DNA of 63,125 nucleotides, the filler included, from Octopus bimaculoides (taxonomy: Eukaryota), in the NCBI RefSeq assembly GCF_001194135.2. It is 4 parts of 4 records of this genome, joined end to end, with 100 filler letters (N's around TTAATTAATTAA, not from the genome) between each part and the next. Parts side by side here need not be neighbours in the genome. Positions count along the whole stretch, not along the records: positions 1 to 31,184 come from NC_068988.1; positions 31,285 to 58,957 come from NC_068989.1; 2 more parts are not named here. The stretch is one strand, 5' to 3'. The notes beneath the pieces are model-generated. The model did no database searches. It had not been told where the DNA came from and saw only the letters and a program-made list of their open reading frames with translations. Position numbers and translations under genes: made by a program. The first letter of the stretch is position 1, and each line of letters opens with the position of its first letter. This document shows positions 23,625 to 35,029 of this stretch, one piece after another.

Positions 23625-26230
23625 AAGTTTTATTTAAAGATTTCTTCCCAATAATCTAATCTAGATCCAAGCTCCTTTATTGGAATTCCAACAACATCAA
23701 CAGGGTATTTTGTGTATATGCATGTATATTTGCAGATTTGCTTGTTTTGTTTTATGTATGTATTTTCATACATATACTTGCATATCTAGACATGCTTATA
23801 TATACTTAAATGATAAACTTCTGGAAAGTTTTACATTTTTTTACAGTTCCAGTGATGGCTTGAATCTGTAGCCTTCAAACCAGTTTTCTCCTTTCTGGTT
23901 TTGAGAAACCTAATTTCTCAAGATTTATATTTAGGCAGCGTGTTACATATCCCAGTACCCACAAAATTACAGGTATAAACCTGAATTTATAATCTGGATA
24001 GAGTAACTGCATATTTCCTAAAAGTTCAGCATACGTATTTTCTTTTTCACTAACCTTTAGCTTTATGTTAACATCTGCTGGGCAGTTGATTTCCACAACT
24101 GTACACAATTTCTCTTCTCTATCCCAAAACATTATACCAGGTCTACTGTGTTTACATTTTATTGAGGTTTCCACTGAGACATTCCACCAGTACTCCGTTT
24201 ATTATGAGTGGCTATGGCTTCTAGTATACTGTGAGATCTTATTTCTTTCTCCTTGGGGTTACACTTCCGACAGATCTCATTATATAGAGTCTTAGCTACA
24301 ACAGCATGTTTCATCAGTAGATAATACTGTGATGACATTTTCAAACAACTGCTTATGATATGGATGATACCTTCAGTGTTAACGCCACAAAGTCTGCATC
24401 GTTTATCACATTATGCTGCTTTACCTGCATCTCTGTCCCTTTTGTGCATCGGGTATTTGGTTAATTTTTCTTGTTCCTGGATTGCAAACACATTCCCTTC
24501 AAAGTGGGACATAGTAATCCAGTTGTTGGTCCATGATAAACTGCTTTGATGATCAATGTTGCTATCATACTGGAGATTTCTACTAACATATCCATCCATG
24601 GTCTTCTGCTGAAATATGCTCTGATGATACATTGCAGTAGAGTGGTACAACTTCTTTGGGCATGTATTTAAGGTTGTAGTGAGACATAACAAAACTATCG
24701 TATCACTGCAGCATAATTTAGTTGTGCCTGGGCAGATGCCAGTCGGGTATGGTTGGTGATGTACAAATACAAGTAACAGCTTCCGCTCACCAGTGAGACG
24801 TGCTAATTTTGAAAGCACTTGGTTAGTTACCGCTAGTACATTGGACAAACAGTCACGTCGCTTTGAAGCATCTCATTCTATATATATTCATCTAAACCAT
24901 GGAAAGTGATAAATATTCTTTAGTGACATGTGTTTTGTTACAGGTGCCATTGTAAGATATGTTTTCATACACCACTAGATAGCAATAATATTCCTCATCA
25001 GATATAGGAGAAAAAGTTAAGTCATTGATGGAAATGTTGCTAGTCTGGTTTATAGTTTTCTTTCTTTTCAAAACTATATAGTAACATTTATCCTGACCAT
25101 ACTCTATCCCTATATTCTTTGAAAATGTTGTAAACAGGTCTCATGCATATTCTTTGCATATAGTTTTAAGTCATCTACGAAGAAACTGTAATTTTGGCAT
25201 TTCTGTTTCCATGTGAACAAGTGAGATATCCTTTAGACTTCCTTAACATGAATGACAAGGCATTTATAGAAAGTATAAACATCACAGAGAGTCTGTCCCC
25301 TTGGAATATACCTCTGTGATAATTCAATCACTCCTTGTATTTAACTTCAAGATGGTGGTCCATGATGAAGTCAGGTCAGCTGGAACTTTAACAAGTTGAA
25401 AGGCTTCTAGCATCCTTGAATGGGAGACAGAATCGAAGGCTTTTTTGTAGTCCAGCTACACTGAAATGAGATTCCTTCTACGCTCCCACACCTCTGATGT
25501 TAGTGTTTTATTTGTTAACAATTGCTTGGCACATCCCCAGACTCCCTTCATCCCACCTGCTTGTTCTGCTGAAATGATGTTATTACTTTCACAATGGTCT
25601 TGGAAGAAGAAGTTTAAAAATGCTGTATATATTTTATAGATTAAGTTTTGGCATACAATTGGCCAGTAGTTTTTTGCCATGTGGGTCATTCTGTATTTGG
25701 GGATCAGTTTTGTTTCTGCCAGAGCTAACCGGTGTGGTATGCTATTATTCTCATTGAGAATTTGCTGGTACAGGTAGATAAGATATGGTCGGTAGATTTT
25801 CCTACAGAAGGAGCCTATGTGTTCTTGTAAAGGAGCTTCCATGATGTTCACTGCTTCTCCTCTCATGTCTCTGTATGCCTGGTTCTGGTTAAGTTTTTTG
25901 CTTATTGTTTTTTTCTCTTGGTTAGTCTCTTCTGATGTCAGAGTTTATCACTGACAGCTTTTAGCTCCTGCTTGCAAGTGAGTGTCCTCTTTTACTATCT
26001 CCAAACATCAATTCTATCTCCTTCGTCACTTTTTGTTGGTGAGACGTAGGGTGATTTGCTCATTTGCATGCAATAAGCACCATCACATGGTGGATGGTCT
26101 TCTATAAATCAACTATATCTTTCTCTGTCTTAAAAAACCCATGATGGCATTTTCTTTATTGTTTTGGTTTTGTTCACTTTTTGAATGTTGTTCATATACT
26201 GCTTTGCAGTAATAGACAGGGCATATAGAC
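23625..26230 (-). mobile_element. Same REL LINE family, copy B, extending into RT, with a foreign insert at about 24700-24925
   Basis: Parallels copy A (3' UTR, KCKHSRP.I...VVEINCPADVNI). RT N-terminal KLIPK...NYWPIVCQNLIYKIYT...EQAGG.KGVWGC..QLL. Confidence 0.85.
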
Positions 26231-26463
26231 AAGCATTAATCTGCCAGAATGTTGTAAATACTCCTCTCCAATTTTGTTAACAGTTTTTGTTTGTTTGTTT
26301 GTTTGTATGTATGTATGCAAGTATGTCTGTATGTATCATCATCGCTTAATGTCCATTGTCCATGCTGTCATGCATGCATGATTGCATCACAATGATGATG
26401 ATGATGATGCTGATACATACACATGAAGGTATGTATGGAGTAACATGCATACATACATACATA

Positions 26464-27423
26464 TGTAGTGAACACTTCTCTCACTATAAATATTAACAAA
26501 CGCGAGCGTAGTAGAAAGCAACTCATTCCCTGTCATCACCTGACTGACTATTCTTTGTGCGGGTAAATTATCTCCATTTGCCACCAGGACGCAAATCGAC
26601 CAACCACAGCCTCTAATAAGGTCACGTGAGAGTGTTTCTTCTAATGCTTTCCTGAAGCCCCTATTTTCCTATAAATAGCCTAAATTATCCCCGCCAATTC
26701 GTCGCGGCTTAGATCTGGTCGTTTTGACCACACGCGTAACACAGCACCAACCAGCCAGCCAGTTTCCAGCGACGACATCGACACCATCGTCCAACTATGA
26801 CTATCAGCATCGCCGCCAGCGTCAACATGACTTCTACACGTACACAAGCTACCAACCGCTAACCGCAGCTTTTCAGCCCTGTTTGTGTGGTTTCTTCACC
26901 ACAAAAATAACAGCCAGAATCCGACAACTGCGAAGAACATCTGTATTCAAGAACCCGGCCCGGCATAGAAGCCCTAACATCACGACGAGTGACCGCTCTG
27001 CCTTAACGCTTTAACTTCTTATATACAGACACTTACCACTGTGTACTCTAATTAAGAACTGGTAAATTATACGTGTTACTGACTCTTATCAATACTATGT
27101 ATCTCTCGCATTCACATACATGTATTACTCGCACACACTCTTTTGTTTACATGACGGCCAGTCTTATACTGTGTTTTATTATGTCGCATTCACTCACACA
27201 CAGACAAACAGTTTAATGCTCCAATAAATCATACTGTTATTCATCTCTATCGGTTGTGTCAATATCGTTTTCCTTACTGGCATTTACGAATTCTCTATGT
27301 TATAGCATTATAACATATTTATCCTTTTATATTTTTGTGTTCGACCATGTGACGCATTATAAAGAAGGAGCCTGTTTTCCCCATTCGTCACCATTTCTCC
27401 TTTTGGTTCGCACAGTCGTTCTT

Positions 27424-27426
<3 letters not shown>
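26464..27426 (+). mobile_element. Solo LTR (Gypsy-like), 963 bp
   Basis: TGTAGTG...TCTTACA termini, 4-bp CATA duplication (26460-26463 and 27427-27430), TATAAATA near 26670, AATAAA near 27223, CpG-rich. The TSD lies within a CATA/TA microsatellite, which weakens it. Confidence 0.75.
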
Positions 27427-27463
<37 letters not shown>

Positions 27464-28086
27464 ATGTATATATGGAGTAACCAGGAGAAAAATCAGAGAG
27501 CTGGGTATTTAGACAAAAGATTGGGTGATGGAGTTAATAGGATATTGGGTAACTAGACAATGAATTGAGTGGCAGATTTGGTAGGATGATGGATAACTTG
27601 AAAGGAGATTGAACAGCAGAGTTGGTAGGGTGGTAGGTAACTAGGCAAGAGTTTGACAGTTCACATTCTGCCAAAGCCTGCAGTATGTTAAGGTAGTTTA
27701 TTCTGAATGGCTAAATCTATCTAGGTCAAATTAAGAATCACAATAAGTATAACTAATATTGAGTAATGCTGAGTATAACTCATCACAAAGCAGCAGTAGC
27801 ATAAAATTCTGAAGTGACTTTTCATTTTGTAAAGATAGAGTGCAATCCTTTTCATTGGAAAAGTTAGGTGTGGTTGATCAATGTTCTATCCAAGGGAAAA
27901 ATCTTATTTCTATGCTACAAAAACTAGATGTAAACAGCAACTCTGTAGACATTAGACAATGACATAACAATGTAATGCTGTCTCTACAAGATGTGGATAG
28001 ATGCCTGCAGTATGCAGAATTTGATGTAGAAAATATAGGTACTTTTTAAAACTGTACTAGTTAATATTTTTATAAACTGTTTTTAA

Positions 28087-28304
28087 CCCTTTCGTTACTG
28101 TATTTATTTTGAGATGTTGTTTTCCTTTCAATTACTTTAAATATAACAAAGAATTTAGTAAAATAACTTGGTTATCATTCGGCTAGTGTTAGGAACATAA
28201 ATTGTGACTAAGGTTTGGTGGAAGATTTTAATTCAAAACTTATGTAAACAAGACATTTGTACTCAGAGCCAGAGCCAGTTTCAGCTGGGTTGGTAACGAA
28301 AGGC
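28087..28304. mobile_element. piggyBac-like MITE
   Basis: TTAA|CCCTTTCGTTAC ... GTAACGAAAGGC|TTAA. Confidence 0.75.
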
Positions 28305-29329
28305 TTAAACAAGTTCATGATGTCAAGCTTTGGGAGGGGTGAGTACATTTTTAAAGTTTTCAATAGATTGACAAATCTTTTCCTGACACAGTTTAGAATT
28401 CACATCATCTGATGATATGGTCCACGGAACTGAGGCATGAAGGTAAAGAGACAGAAATACCATAACAACTTCTTCAAATATTTCAAATTCCTCAGGGTCA
28501 TAGCTGGAATGTAAATCATAAAAGCAGTATCTTTCGGTTCAGCTAAAATTGAAAGACTTTAGTGGATTTCACTGTTTATATTCTTTGGAGAATGCCAAAA
28601 CCCATGAAGTACTAGGTTTCCACTGAATTCCAATTTTCTTAAATTCTACCAATAAATTTCCTATTATTTTCCTTTGTCCTTCAAGAACCACTCAGAGTTT
28701 GAGAACAATAGAAGACTGGAATATTACCTGGCAACAACAGACAGGCAAGGAGAATTTCAGAGGTTTACAGCTCTGGGAATGGGGAAAATGTGGACCAAAT
28801 GCATGGTTTGGGAGTTGAGACAGTAAAGATGATGAGATGAAAAGATATGGGTATGTTAGATAACTCCAGATGAAGGGTATTTATAGGTGTAAAAGTCAAC
28901 ATAATAGTGGTAGATGAAGTAAGGAGGAAACAGAACATGTATGAGTGAAAGTGTCTTCTAATGGCTGTGGTCAGTGATAGTGTGGTATAGGATGTATGCA
29001 TGTAGTAACACCACAGTCACATATATATGGTCAGTGCCACAGTGACAGTTAAACTTGAAGTTTGTTGAGTCAATAACTGACTAGGTTTCCATTATTTTCT
29101 AGCTCTAAAGAGAAATCCTATCATTTGTGATGGAAGTTTTGCCAGTGTTATGTATGGTTACCTATCATGTAGGTGTGGTTGCCCATTATGTAAGTGTGGG
29201 TCACCTAGTATGTATACGTGGTCAGACATTATGAGACTTAGTATTTGAAACAATCATGAGAGTTATAGTTATTGTTGTGGTAAATGGTACAACACCACTT
29301 ATTAAGATATATCTGTAAAGAAAGAAAAA

Positions 29330-29428
29330 TTTAAGATTGATGGAATTTGAACTCAGAACATAAAACATCAGAACAAATAGCCTAAGGCATTTTGTCTAAA
29401 TAAAACAATTCTATCAACCCATTAACCA

Positions 29429-29486
<58 letters not shown>

Positions 29487-30110
29487 CCTTTCTACTATTG
29501 GTACAAGAACTTAAATTTTGGGGAAATAGACTGGTCAATTACATCAACTCTAATGGTTAACTGGTACTTATTTGATTGACCTCCAGAGGATAAAAGGCAA
29601 AGTCGATCTTGGAGGAATAACAATAATAATAATGGTTTCAAATTTTGGTACAAGGCCAGCAATTTCAGGGAGAAGTGAGGGTTATTTTATTAACTTATTT
29701 CTATTATTACTATGATTAACTTATTTTATTAACCCCAAAACAACAACAATAATTTCTACTATAGGCACAAGACCTGAAATTTTGGAGGAGATGGTTAATT
29801 GATCACACTGACCCCAATGCTCAATTGGTGCTTATTTTACTGACCTGCTGTGCTAACGATTCTGCCAGCTCACTGCTTTAATAATAATACCAATAATAAT
29901 CTTTTCTCCTAGAGGAACAAGGCCTGAAATTTTGGGGAGGGGGATAGTCGATTACATCGACCCCAATACTCAACTGGTACTTATTTTATCAACCCAAAAG
30001 GATGGAATGCAAGGTCGACCCTGGCAGTATTTGAAATCAGAATGGAGAGACAGACAAAATGCTGCTAAGCATTTTGCCTAGCATGCTAACAATTCTGCCT
30101 GCTTGCTGCC

Positions 30111-30158
<48 letters not shown>

Positions 30159-30200
30159 GCAGTTTCAAATTTTGCCATTAGGCACTAAACAATTCTGTCA
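29330..30200 (-). mobile_element. Stack of at least four SINE copies or fragments (ggcgagctggcagaatcgttagc family) separated by (TAG)n and (TAA)n
   Basis: Repeated blocks cctttctactat..g.acaag.cctgaaattt, gattacat.gacccca, caactggtacttattt, aattctgcc. (TAG)n at about 29429-29485 and (TAA)n at about 30112-30157. Confidence 0.75.
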
Positions 30201-30245
30201 AGTAGTAGTAGTAGTAGTAGTAGAAAAGAAAATTGAATAGCTCAC

Positions 30246-30285
30246 CATCACTGTGGTTATTTACACATCTGCGACAGTACGTATG
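30246..30285 (-). CDS. TRAF7: TRAF7 coding exon (40 nt), second half of the RING finger: HTYCRRCVNNHSD+G
   Basis: Minus strand reads ttcttattttccctacag|CAT ACG TAC TGT CGC AGA TGT GTA AAT AAC CAC AGT GAT G|gtgagc. Matches human TRAF7 HTFCRRCALKS as I recall it, and the phase-1 end joins the next exon in frame (G|AC = Asp). Absent from the ORF track. Confidence 0.9.
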
Positions 30286-30764
30286 CTGTAGGGAAAATAA
30301 GAAGAAACAACATTAGGGGCAGTCTGAGAGGCATTCCTCATCAAAACAATGATTTCTATTTACAGTTAATGATTATTAACTGTAAATAGTAGAGCTCTAT
30401 TGCTATCAATATATTACTGGTACTTTCTCAAATATGGTGTCATTTCAAAAGAGGGAAGGCAGTAGAACTTGATTACCACCATCAAAGACTGGGCTGTGCC
30501 AGTTATTAGATGTAGTGCTGCTATTCTGAACTGAACCAAAGAAGAGATAAAGAGGTTGGATAAGTTAAGATGAAAGAAAATGACTAACAATGGTGCATGC
30601 GCCCAACTTCAAATGTTATAAGGTGATAAATACCACAAAACATAGGAGGTTGAGGACTTATAAGTGATAGACTGTATGGTTAGTGAATGCAGGTCTATAG
30701 ATTTGTATTTGGCCAGTATTAGAGAAGAACTTTTAAGGTATGTTGTCAAAAGGGTCAAACTAAA

Positions 30765-31138
30765 GCGTTTTACCCGAGCTCAAAAAAAAAAAAAAAAAAT
30801 TAGTGTAATAGGTGTAAAACAACTTGCTGTGAACGAAAAAGGAAAAGAAAATGCGTGCTCACGAACGGGGGATGGAGAGGGCTCGGAACATTCACATCGT
30901 GAATGTTCCGGGACACCTCACCGGAGCCAAGAAACAAAAGAAAAATAGTGTAATAGATGTAAAATGACTTGCTCTGAACAAATATGAAAAAAAAAATGCA
31001 CACTCGCAAACGTGGGTGTGGGGAGAGGACTCAGAACATTCACATCGTGAATGTTCAGAGATTCCTCACCAGAGCCAAGAAACAAAAGAAAAATAGTGTA
31101 ATAGATGTAAAACAACTTGCTCTGAAAGAATATCAAGA

Positions 31139-31140
<2 letters not shown>
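30765..31140. repeat. Tandem array with 145-148-bp period (about 2.5 units), each full unit holding a perfect palindrome
   Basis: tagtgtaatag at 30801, 30946 and 31094. GAACATTCAC-ATC-GTGAATGTTC at 30886-30908 and 31034-31056. Confidence 0.85.
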
Positions 31141-31184
<44 letters not shown>

Positions 31185-31228
31185 NNNNNNNNNNNNNNNN
31201 NNNNNNNNNNNNNNNNNNNNNNNNNNNN

Positions 31229-31240
31229 TTAATTAATTAA
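31229..31240. other. Assembly linker TTAATTAATTAA inside an N gap (also 59002-59013 and 61933-61944); artefact
   Basis: The same 12-mer, with stops in all six frames, is flanked by N runs three times. Confidence 0.9.
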
Positions 31241-31492
31241 NNNNNNNNNNNNNNNNNNNNNNNNNNNNNNNNNNNNNNNNNNNNTCCGTTCGTGCTGCAG
31301 ATCGTGGTGAGAGGGATAACTTCCCTTGGCAAACAGGACACAGTCGTGTGTCGATAAGCCAGCTGGAGGAGATGTCCTCCTGGGGCTAAAAGCAACAGTA
31401 ACATCCACCCCTAGGGGTCAGCCACACTTAAGTGGCAATATACTACACTTTATCGTGCAGTTACTGTTAATACTTCATTTAGAGAATTAACA

Positions 31493-31524
<32 letters not shown>

Positions 31525-32589
31525 CATACACACTCACACACACACACATATATATATACATACATATATATGTATACGTATGTATTTATGCATAAGTAAA
31601 TATTCATGTAAGTATGTTTATTTGTATCTCTCCTTCTCTCACTACATATGTATATATATTTATTTATATACACATATATATATAGATATACTCTTACACA
31701 CACACACACACACGCGCGCACACACACACGCGCACACACACACGTACGCACACACGTTTACTGTCTACTCACTTATCTATTTACACACAACCTCAAATAC
31801 CTACAGAGATACGTACACGTGCACTCACACACATGCACATTATAGAAATAATACTTAAAGCCCTCTGATAGCTATTGTAGAAATACTACGATATGTTTTT
31901 TCTTTTATATGAAACAAGAAATCAAAACAGTAGTTTTTTTCTCTAGAATAAATGGAATTTGTTTCCTTTCTATTTTTTTTTCAAGTAGGCATTTTCATAC
32001 AAAAACATATATTATATAATATTAAAAAAACCCAGTTAACGTACATGATTTGTTTATATTACATAAATTCGCGCGCGCACACTCACATGCATGTTTGCAG
32101 CTGTTTTGTGCATATGCATATTTATAACTATTCTGTCAAAAGACGATTTCCCAGCAGGGAAATATATTTAAATTTTGTGGAACAGTTCAACTTACTCTTG
32201 TGTTTTATATAATTTTATTATGTAAAGTTATATTTATGCTGTCTATATACAACTTTGATGCATAAGTTTTAGCTTAGATTGAAGTTAGCTAATGGTAGAG
32301 ACAACTGTTTATGAATCTATACAGATAAGAGATGAAAATGTTATTGCGCATTAGGTTAATGGGATTAACAGTTTGCATGCATAAAAGAAAGAATATCTCA
32401 AATGTATCCCTTACTCTTCTTTTATTATTGATTACATCTACACCAGAAGAGAATAAAATAGTACGAAACAACCCTACCATTCAGCTACACGAAGGAAAGA
32501 AAACAGATGATCTCTCTCTCTTTCTTTTTCTCTGCTTTTAAGTGGGCAGAGAGAGATAGGTAAAAATACGTATAAATATACATATCTAG

Positions 32590-32627
<38 letters not shown>

Positions 32628-32778
32628 TTATGCATATATGCATAAGCACATACATACCCACATACACATATATGATATATTTAAGGTCTGTTCTGCTTGT
32701 TTTAATAACAGAGAAAATAGTTGTACCGGAAACCAACTGAGATTGTGCACTTTTATCACGAAATATCACTAAAATTCA

Positions 32779-32851
<73 letters not shown>

Positions 32852-33797
32852 ATCTTTCTATCTGTGTCTCTCTCAGCCTGTTTGTCTCTCAACACGTGTT
32901 TTTTTAAATCCAAAGTCACTCGAGTAGGCAAGTGGGTGAAGACGTTTCTGACAATCTAGAATAAAATTCTATAAGGTTAATTTTGTTTCGTCTTATTTTT
33001 GTCAAGCATAGAGTGTGGTTGGGTAGAAATTTAGCTGTGATTTTTCTCTCTCTGTTTCCTCTTNNNNNNNNNNNNNNNNNNNNNNNNNNNNNNNNNNNNN
33101 NNNNNNNNNNNNNNNNNNNNNNNNNNNNNNNNNNNNNNNNNNNNNNNNNNNNNNNNNNNNNNNNNNNNNNNNNNNNNNNNNNNNNNNNNNNNNNNNNNNN
33201 NNNNNNNNNNNNNNNNNNNNNNNNNNNNNNNNNNNNNNNNNNNNNNNNNNNNNNNNNNNNNNNNNNNNNNNNNNNNNNNNNNNNNNNNNNNNNNNNNNNN
33301 NNNNNNNNNNNNNNNNNNNNNNNNNNNNNNNNNNNNNNNNNNNNNNNNNNNNNNNNNNNNNNNNNNNNNNNNNNNNNNNNNNNNNNNNNNNNNNNNNNNN
33401 NNNNNNNNNNNNNNNNNNNNNNNNNNNNNNNNNNNNNNNNNNNNNNNNNNNNNNNNNNNNNNNNNNNNNNNNNNNNNNNNNNNNNNNNNNNNNNNNNNNN
33501 NNNNNNNNNNNNNNNNNNNNNNNNNNNNNNNNNNNNNNNNNNNNNNNNNNNNNNNNNNNNNNNNNNNNNNNNNNNNNNNNNNNNNNNNNNNNNNNNNNNN
33601 NNNNNNNNNNNNNNNNNNNNNNNNNNNNNNNNNNNNNNNNNNNNNNNNNNNNNNNNNNNNNNNNNNNNNNNNNNNNNTATATATATATATATGTACACAT
33701 ATACACACATGCATACATATAAACATATATTTATATATATATATTTGTGTGTATGTGTGTATGTATGTATATATGTGTACGTATGTGTTTATGTATG

Positions 33798-33828
<31 letters not shown>

Positions 33829-33918
33829 ATGTCTATATATATATATTCCACAATGTAACCTCGTGGACATCGATGGCGATTTTTTCTTCCTCTGTTTTTC
33901 CCTTCTTTGGACTTTCCT

Positions 33919-33955
33919 TGATTCCGACGAAGAGCTCCGCTCGAAACGTCATACT
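33919..33955 (+). ncRNA. Degenerate minimal type-I hammerhead ribozyme-like motif, Penelope-associated type
   Basis: CCGACGA (CUGANGA with U4C), A, stem II GAG-ctccg-CTC, GAAA, CGTC (palindromic mini helix III, GUC triplet). Helix I pairs poorly. Confidence 0.4.
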
Positions 33956-34217
33956 CTCTCTCTCTTTCCTTTCCCGAGCGTCTAGTAACACTATCTGTAT
34001 CACGTCCTCACGTTGTTTTTTTGTTATTGTTTCTTGTCTTTTTCCTTTTTTTGAACTTATATATATATATATATATATATATATNNNNNNNNNNNNNNNN
34101 NNNNNNNNNNNNNNNNNNNNNNNNNNNNNNNNNNNNNNNNNNNNNNNNNNNNNNNNNNNNNNNNNNNNNNNNNNNNNNNNNNNNNNNNNNNNNNNNNNNN
34201 NNNNNNNNNNNNNNNNN

Positions 34218-35029
34218 TGTTACGAACGTCCGCGCGGAGCACCTCAACGAAGAGAAAACTCGCGCGCGCGAACGTCGTCGCTCAGTGAGTCAGGATGTTC
34301 GCCACGACTAAACTCGGCCGGAGCACGTAACGATGACAACAGGCAAAAGGAAGAAATAACACGGACCATACTTTGCGTAGTGAAACTAACTTTTTTTTTC
34401 TTTACATCACAATACAAAATAACATTGCATAACAATAATTCAATAACATGTAACAATAGCGTTTCCAAGCATTTAACAATATAAAGGTTTTCAATCATTA
34501 CATAATCAAAGTTTACAATCAAAGTTCGTGTATCGAGAGTCAATTAAAAAGTTCTTTTACTTCTTTGTTTTTCTTTTCTTTGAACAACATATAACAACAA
34601 AGTTCTCTCTTTTCTTTCTTTTCAACCAGTTAATATCACAATTAACAAGAGTTAATAATTCTTTGCAAAAACATATAACAACGCAAGTACATTTTTCTTT
34701 AAAGAATATTTAAACAAACATTTACCGTAACGAATTCTATGATAAGCACTGACCAACGTAGTCTACTACAATCTTTTGCCTGCCACAACAGTTCCATCTC
34801 TCTGTCCCTCTCTCTCTCACACTCTATCCATTTCTGCTGACTGGTACCTTCTGACAATAGCCTCTCTCTCTCAGTCTCTGTCTGTCAGTCTCTCTGTTCA
34901 TTTTGCTTCTCCACTGGCTGCTGGCCTTCACACCGGCTCGCGTTCTTCATCCAATTGCCGTACACCAACTGCGATTCCCAAATCTATGCTACCGTATTTA
35001 TGACAGGTACCGTACCCAATAGTGCTACG
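34218..35029 (-). mobile_element. Probable 3' LTR of an LTR element, preceded by a polypurine tract
   Basis: The minus strand reads GGAGGGGGTAA, then CGTAGCAC (TGT decayed), and ends ...CGTAACA at the gap edge. CpG-rich. TSD cannot be checked because of the gap. Confidence 0.5.

Larger units (their letters stand above)
1..30285 (-). other. TRAF7: Partial TRAF7 transcription unit, with introns of 8874, 2240, 9090 and at least 9728 nt
   Basis: Four colinear exons with compatible phases. No coiled-coil or WD40 exon was found in 1-9728, so the gene continues left of the window. Confidence 0.85.

Noticed and set aside
30765-31140. Repeat array as a CRISPR-like locus or canonical heat-shock element
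   Set aside because: Whole units are homologous with no unique spacers, the context is eukaryotic and there are no cas genes. The GAA/TTC units are not in the alternating three-unit HSE register.
31229-31240. Palindromic TTAATTAATTAA islands in gaps
   Set aside because: Six-frame-stop scaffolding linker repeated three times; not biological.
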